NCBI GenBank assembly: GCA_963796415.1
Contig: CAWCLR010000005.1
Coordinates: 39,661 to 103,660 of the forward strand
Source of the DNA: an uncultured Acidimicrobiales bacterium
Lineage (GTDB): Bacteria > Actinomycetota > Acidimicrobiia > Acidimicrobiales > VFJN01
Direction: 5' to 3'
Length of the DNA stretch: 64,000 nt
Made by a program: the position numbers and the translations under genes. Below the pieces are notes generated by a model. The model ran no database searches and was not told the origin of the DNA. It worked only from the letters and a program-made list of their open reading frames with translations. The stretch's first letter is position 1, and each line of letters starts with the position of its first letter. Below are positions 59,367 through 64,000 of this stretch, piece by piece.

Positions 59367-60413
59367 TCACAGCGAGGTGAGCAGGTCGATGGCGGGGGAG
59401 GGGTCGACCGTGACCCGCGGGGAGGTCGAGCGGCGGAGCTGCTCGGCGACGGCACGCCGGATGTCGGCGACCGGGGCATCGGGAGGCAGGGCCACGCCGG
59501 CGCCCACGCGGACCAGGGCCCGGGCGTTGTCGGGCTGGTCGCGGTCGAGGGGCAGCGCCACCATCGGCACGCCGTGGGCCAGCGCGGCCACCACCGAGCC
59601 GAGCCCGGCGTGGGTCACGAGCAGGTCGGCGTGGGGCAGCACGGCGGCGTGGCGGACATAGCCCGCCACGGTGACGTTGGCGGGCAGGTCGCCGAGGGCG
59701 CCGGCCGGGACGTAGTCGGCGAGCGTCACGAACCCCCGGACCGGCAGCGCGCCCAGCGCGGCCACGATCCGCTGCAGGACGGGCACCTCGGTCGCCGGGT
59801 CGCCCACCGTCCCCACGGACACGACCACGAGGGGGCCCGATCCGGGCGGCGGCGTCCACCCCGCGTCCGGTCCCGGGCCCTCGAGCAGCGGGCCGGCGTA
59901 CACGACGTTGGCCGGCACCTCGCCCGGAGAGTCGAGAGATCGCGGGGCGGCGACGAGCACGCAATCGACAGCCGCGAGCAGGTCGGCATGCGACGCCAGC
60001 GGCGGGAGACCCGCGGCCACCCGCGCCGGGTTGAGCGCCCCGACCGGCCCGCCCATCCCGATCGGGTGGGGCGCACCGTCCGCCAGCAGCTCGCGGTACA
60101 GCGTGTGGACCAGCGCCACCGTGGGCCGGCCGACCTGCTCGGCGCCGCCGAGGGCGTCGGTGAGCATGTAGTCGACGACCACGACATCGGGTGGATCGGC
60201 CGCGGCCGCAGCGACGACGTCGTCGGCCCCGGGCAGCCAGCCGTCGGGCGAGCGCACGAGGTCGGCGCCCACCTCGGCCAACCGGTCGGCCAGCCCGGCC
60301 GGGGCGACGGCCCGCACCGTGTGCCCGGCGGCGCGCAGGTGCTCGGCCAGGCAGAGGAACGGCCCCACGTTCCCGCCGCCGGCCCACATCACCCACAGGT
60401 AGGACCGCGCCAC
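59367..60413 (-). CDS. GT-B glycosyltransferase (UDP-glycosyltransferase / MGT-like)
   Basis: GGGNVGP, VVVSVGT, HAAVLPHADLLVTHAGLGS, DQPDNA. Confidence 0.9.
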   Translation of the reverse strand: MARSYLWVMWAGGGNVGPFLCLAEHLRAAGHTVRAVAPAGLADRLAEVGADLVRSPDGWLPGADDVVAAAAADPPDVVVVDYMLTDALGGAEQVGRPTVALVHTLYRELLADGAPHPIGMGGPVGALNPARVAAGLPPLASHADLLAAVDCVLVAAPRSLDSPGEVPANVVYAGPLLEGPGPDAGWTPPPGSGPLVVVSVGTVGDPATEVPVLQRIVAALGALPVRGFVTLADYVPAGALGDLPANVTVAGYVRHAAVLPHADLLVTHAGLGSVVAALAHGVPMVALPLDRDQPDNARALVRVGAGVALPPDAPVADIRRAVAEQLRRSTSPRVTVDPSPAIDLLTSL

Positions 60414-60444
60414 GCCCGCATCATCGCAGCCACGGCAGCACGCC

Positions 60445-60485
60445 TTGACGCAACCCGATCGCGAGGTCTATAACCAAGCTGTTAT
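60445..60485 (+). promoter_or_regulatory. Promoter and ArsR-type operator
   Basis: -35 TTGACG (60445), -10 TATAAC (60469); dyad ATAAC-N6-GTTAT (60470-60485) overlapping the start. Confidence 0.7.
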
Positions 60486-60882
60486 GCAACAGATCGGTTA
60501 TGGAGAACCACGGGGCGTCGACGACGACGCAGAGCTCGACGCCATGTTCATGGCGCTGGCCGACCCGACGCGCCGGGCGATCCTCCGCCAGCTGACCGCG
60601 GGCGAGGCCACGGTCACCGAGCTGGCACGGCCGTTCGCCATGAGCCAGCCGGCCATCTCGAAGCACCTCAAGGTCCTCGAGCGCGCCGGCCTCGTGTCGC
60701 GCCGCCGCGACGCGCAGCGCCGGCCATGCCGGCTCGAGGCCCGCCGGCTCAAGGCGGCCACCGACTGGCTCGACGGCTACCGCCGCTACTGGGACGAGAG
60801 CTACCAGCGCCTCGACGACCTCCTCGGCGAGCTCACGGCCGGGGAGGCCGCCTCTGGCCACGACGAGCGGAGCGACGGGTGA
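60484..60882 (+). CDS. ArsR/SmtB-family regulator
   Basis: FMALADPTRRAIL, SQPAISKHLKVLERAGLV, W...Y.RLDDLL. Confidence 0.92.
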   Translation: MQQIGYGEPRGVDDDAELDAMFMALADPTRRAILRQLTAGEATVTELARPFAMSQPAISKHLKVLERAGLVSRRRDAQRRPCRLEARRLKAATDWLDGYRRYWDESYQRLDDLLGELTAGEAASGHDERSDG

Positions 60883-61394
60883 GCCACGCCAGCGAACGCC
60901 TCTCGGTGACGGCGCCCTCACCGCACCAGATCGTCCTCACCCGCGCCTTCGCCGCCCCGCGCCACCTCGTGTTCGCCGCCCTCACGCAGCCCGATCTGCT
61001 CGTCCGCTGGCACGGCGCCCAGGGCTGGAACCTCGTCGAGTGCGAGGTCGACCTCCGGCCGGGCGGCGCGTGGCGCTTCGTCTCCGCCGGCCCCGGCGGC
61101 GAGACGATGGGCATGTCGGGGGCGTACCTCGAGGTCGACCCCCCGGCCCGGCTGGTCCACACCGAGGCGTTCGACGGCTGGGACGAGGGCCACGCCGTCG
61201 TCACCACCCGCCTCGACGAGCGGGACGGGCGCACGACCATGACCACCACGGTCCGCTACCCGTCGCAGCGGCTGCGCGACGCCATGCTCGCCACGAACAT
61301 GGAACGGGGCGCCGGCGAGAGCTACGAGCGCCTCGCCGCCGTGCTCGCGGGCGGGGTCGCACCAGACCACACCGACAACAGAAAGGCGCGGTGA
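60879..61394 (+). CDS. SRPBCC/AHSA1-like domain protein
   Basis: TRAFAAPRHLVF.A.T, EVDLRPGGAWRF, LVHTE, SYERL. Confidence 0.9.
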   Translation: MSHASERLSVTAPSPHQIVLTRAFAAPRHLVFAALTQPDLLVRWHGAQGWNLVECEVDLRPGGAWRFVSAGPGGETMGMSGAYLEVDPPARLVHTEAFDGWDEGHAVVTTRLDERDGRTTMTTTVRYPSQRLRDAMLATNMERGAGESYERLAAVLAGGVAPDHTDNRKAR

Positions 61395-61963
61395 CACCGA
61401 TGTCCGAGATCTCCGACCGCTACCGCAACGTGGCCGGGCAGTTCACCGAGCGGGTCAAGGCCGTTCCTGACGATGCCTGGTCCAACCCCGCGCCGTGCGA
61501 GGCCTGGGTCGCCCGCGACGTCGTCCGGCACCTGACCGACTGGCTGCCGGGCTTCTTCTTCGACCAGTGGGGCATCGAGCCCCGACCGGCGCCCTCCGTC
61601 GACGAGGACCCGCTGGGGGCGTGGCTGGCGGTCGACGGCGCCATCCAGGATGCGCTCGACGACCCCGCCGTCGCCGACAGCGTGCGCGACACGCGGATGG
61701 GCCCGTCGTCCTTCGCCCAGCAGATCGACATGATCTGCACGCCCGACGTGCTCATCCACACGTGGGACCTCGCCCGGGCCGCCGGGCTCGACGAGACGCT
61801 CGACGCCGGCGAGGTCGCCCGCGGCGCCGCCGAGGTCGACGCGATGCCGCCGGAGGTGGACGAGGCCATGCGCTCCAGCGGTCACTACGGCCCGCGGGTG
61901 GCCGTGCCCGACGACGCCGACGCGCAGACCCGGTTGCTGGCGTTCATGGGCCGCCACCCGTAG
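61391..61963 (+). CDS. TIGR03086-like metal-binding protein (MDMPI family)
   Basis: WSNPAPCEAWVARDVVRHL, DVLIHTWDLARA, LLAFMGR. Confidence 0.85.
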   Translation: MTPMSEISDRYRNVAGQFTERVKAVPDDAWSNPAPCEAWVARDVVRHLTDWLPGFFFDQWGIEPRPAPSVDEDPLGAWLAVDGAIQDALDDPAVADSVRDTRMGPSSFAQQIDMICTPDVLIHTWDLARAAGLDETLDAGEVARGAAEVDAMPPEVDEAMRSSGHYGPRVAVPDDADAQTRLLAFMGRHP

Positions 61964-62078
61964 GGCTGTCGGGCCGGGGGCGCCGCCTCGGCGTTCGGGC
62001 GTACCCGTCGGGGACGACCGTCGCCCGCCGGCGAAATCGACAGCAGCGACGCAACGTGTCTGCAGGACACTGGCGGGC

Positions 62079-62672
62079 GTGCCGCTGATCGTCGTGACCG
62101 GCCCGCCCGGGGCGGGGAAGTCGACCGTCGCCCGCCTGCTGGCGGGTCCGCCTGCGGTCCCGGGCTGGTCCGGGCAGGGTGCGGCCGCCGACCCGGGTGC
62201 GGGCGCCGATGCCGCGCCGAGTGCGCTCGTGGAGGGCGACGCCTTCTTCGGGTTCCTCGCCCGCGGCGCCGTCGCTCCGTGGCTGCCCGGGACCGAGGAG
62301 CAGAACGAGATCGTGACCCGGGCGGCGGCCGCCACCGCCGGGCGGTTCTCGGCCGAGGGTTACGACACCGTGTTCGACGGGATGGTCGGGCCCTGGTTCC
62401 TGCCGGCGTTCGTCGACGCCAGCGGGGTCGACCGCCTCGACTACGTGGTGCTGCTCCCGTCGTTCGAGCGCTGCCTCGACCGGGTGCGCACCCGCGTGGG
62501 CCACGGGTTCACCGACGAGCCCGCCACCCGGAAGATGCACGACTCGTTCGCAGGGGCGGACATCGAGCCGCGCCACGTCCTCGTCGATCCGCCCGGCGGG
62601 ACCGACGCAGTGGCGGACCTGGTGGCGGCCGCCCGGGCGTCCGGCCGGCTGAGGTGCGACCGAGCAGGGTGA
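62079..62672 (+). CDS. P-loop (AAA_33-like) nucleotide kinase family protein
   Basis: VVTGPPGAGKST, VEGDAFF, FDGMVGPW. Confidence 0.8.
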   Translation: MPLIVVTGPPGAGKSTVARLLAGPPAVPGWSGQGAAADPGAGADAAPSALVEGDAFFGFLARGAVAPWLPGTEEQNEIVTRAAAATAGRFSAEGYDTVFDGMVGPWFLPAFVDASGVDRLDYVVLLPSFERCLDRVRTRVGHGFTDEPATRKMHDSFAGADIEPRHVLVDPPGGTDAVADLVAAARASGRLRCDRAG

Positions 62673-62691
62673 CCGCGCCTGGTCAACGGGC

Positions 62692-62835
62692 GTGTCGAAC
62701 TTCGAGACGCTGGGCGAGGCGACCTCGTTCCAGACCGTGCTCAGCCTCCCCACGCTGCTCGACGGGCTCGTCCCGATGCTGGCGGCCGCCGTGGACGGCG
62801 ACCCCGTCACGCAGGTCCTGGAACCCGGCGGCTGA
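62692..62835 (+). CDS. Possible small protein (47 aa) or gene relic
   Basis: MSNFETLGEATSFQTVLSLPTLLDGLVPMLAAAVDGDPVTQVLEPGG; G/C-ending codons. Confidence 0.3.
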   Translation: MSNFETLGEATSFQTVLSLPTLLDGLVPMLAAAVDGDPVTQVLEPGG

Positions 62836-62866
62836 CGTCGGGCGGTGGATCCGCCCGGTTGCGGGA

Positions 62867-62900
62867 TTGACGCGCCGCGAAGAACGTTTATTCTTGGGCT
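62867..62900 (+). promoter_or_regulatory. Leaderless promoter with TetR-type dyad
   Basis: TTGACG (62867), TATTCT (62889), GTG at 62901; dyad AAGAA-N6-TTCTT (62880-62895). Confidence 0.6.
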
Positions 62901-63593
62901 GTGACCGAGGTCTCAGCTGCGCTCGACGCCGCCGCCGCCACGAGCGCCGACGAGCTGCGCGAGCGCCTGCTGCGGGCCGCCGCCGCGGTGTTCGCCCGGC
63001 AGGGCTACGACGGCACCAAGATCATGGACATCGTCCGCGAGTCGGGCCTGTCCACCGGGGCGGTGTACGGGCGGTTCCGCTCCAAGAACGACCTGCTGCG
63101 CGAGGCGATCATCACGCACTCGGCCCGGACCTCTCGCATGGGGCCCGAGGTCGACCGCGTGGCCGACCTCATCACCGCGGTGGCCACGCGCACGGACGCG
63201 TCGCTGTCCGACGCCGAGGCGCTGCGGCTCGAGGCCTACGTGACCGCCCGCCGCGAGCCCGAGGTGGCGGCCGCGCTCGACGAGTCGTACCACCTGTTCC
63301 GCGAGGGATTGGCCCCCGTGGTGGCCGAGGCGCAGGTCGACGGCACGGTGGACGACGGCGTCGACCCCGACGCCGTGCTGTTCCTCGTCCGCATCCTCAA
63401 CCTCGGGCTGTTGCTGCACCGCGGCTCGGGCCTGCCCGGCCCCGACGCCGCCGCCTGGCAGTCGCTCGTGGACCGCATCGTCGCCAGCTTCGGCCGCCCG
63501 GCCGCGGGCGACGCCGCCCGCCCCCCGACCCCCGCCCTCGACCCCGACCTCGATCCCGACCGCACGACAGGCGCACCGGAGGACCCCCGATGA
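62901..63593 (+). CDS. TetR/AcrR-family regulator
   Basis: LLRAAAAVFARQGYDGTKIMDIVRESGLSTGAVYGRFRSKNDL. Confidence 0.93.
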   Translation: MTEVSAALDAAAATSADELRERLLRAAAAVFARQGYDGTKIMDIVRESGLSTGAVYGRFRSKNDLLREAIITHSARTSRMGPEVDRVADLITAVATRTDASLSDAEALRLEAYVTARREPEVAAALDESYHLFREGLAPVVAEAQVDGTVDDGVDPDAVLFLVRILNLGLLLHRGSGLPGPDAAAWQSLVDRIVASFGRPAAGDAARPPTPALDPDLDPDRTTGAPEDPR

Positions 63594-64000
63594 CGGCGAC
63601 CGAGCCGGCACCCGCACTGCCCGACCAGGACGAGGTCGACGCGACGATCAAGATCGTCCACGACCACGCGGACCGCATCTTCCTGTGGAACTACGACCGG
63701 TCCCGTGGCCAGCTCGTCACGCTCTACAACAAGGCGATGAGCTCGCAGTGGAACAGCGTCACCGAGCTCGACTGGGACACCGAGGTGGACCCCGAGAGCC
63801 TCGTCGACCGGTCCACCCCGCTCATGCAGCTCACCGCGGCGGCCCGCGAGGTCGACGGCTCGCCCATCGCCAACTGGGGCGACAAGGAGCTGACCCAGCT
63901 CGGCGTCGAGAGCTTCAAGGCCCAGCTCAGCCAGTTCATGCACGGCGAGCAGGGCGCCATGATGACCGCGGCCAAGATCGTCGAGACGGTCCCGTGGATC
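63590..64000 (+). CDS. Ferritin-like diiron protein (AurF/oxygenase-like), truncated by the window end
   Basis: WNYD...LYNKAMSSQWN...LSQFMHGEQGAM; ATGA overlap with tetR. Confidence 0.75.
   Translation, partial: MTATEPAPALPDQDEVDATIKIVHDHADRIFLWNYDRSRGQLVTLYNKAMSSQWNSVTELDWDTEVDPESLVDRSTPLMQLTAAAREVDGSPIANWGDKELTQLGVESFKAQLSQFMHGEQGAMMTAAKIVETVPWI

Overview
High-GC (about 75% by eye) actinobacterial chromosome segment; gene content (F420-dependent LLMs, treXYZ, leaderless promoters) suggests Acidimicrobiia-like Actinomycetota. About 65 mostly metabolic, regulatory and stress genes. No rRNA, tRNA, CRISPR array, transposase or prophage was seen. Highlights: (1) a hen1-pnkp RNA-repair operon extended by an RlaP-like Pol-beta nucleotidyltransferase, lying in a ~4.5 kb patch with dense single-base indels that are probably a consensus artefact; (2) a stand-alone, propeptide-less proteasome-beta-like Ntn hydrolase; (3) three copies of a ~96 bp nested palindromic repeat with four CGAGGCAATGG-type cores and a fixed 29-nt offset; (4) a candidate riboswitch-like leader upstream of nhaA; (5) back-to-back LexA and SoxR-type boxes between dinB and an FMN reductase; (6) a CREST/ceramidase-like gene coupled to an acyltransferase. 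All family calls come from motif recognition by eye; no database searches were run.
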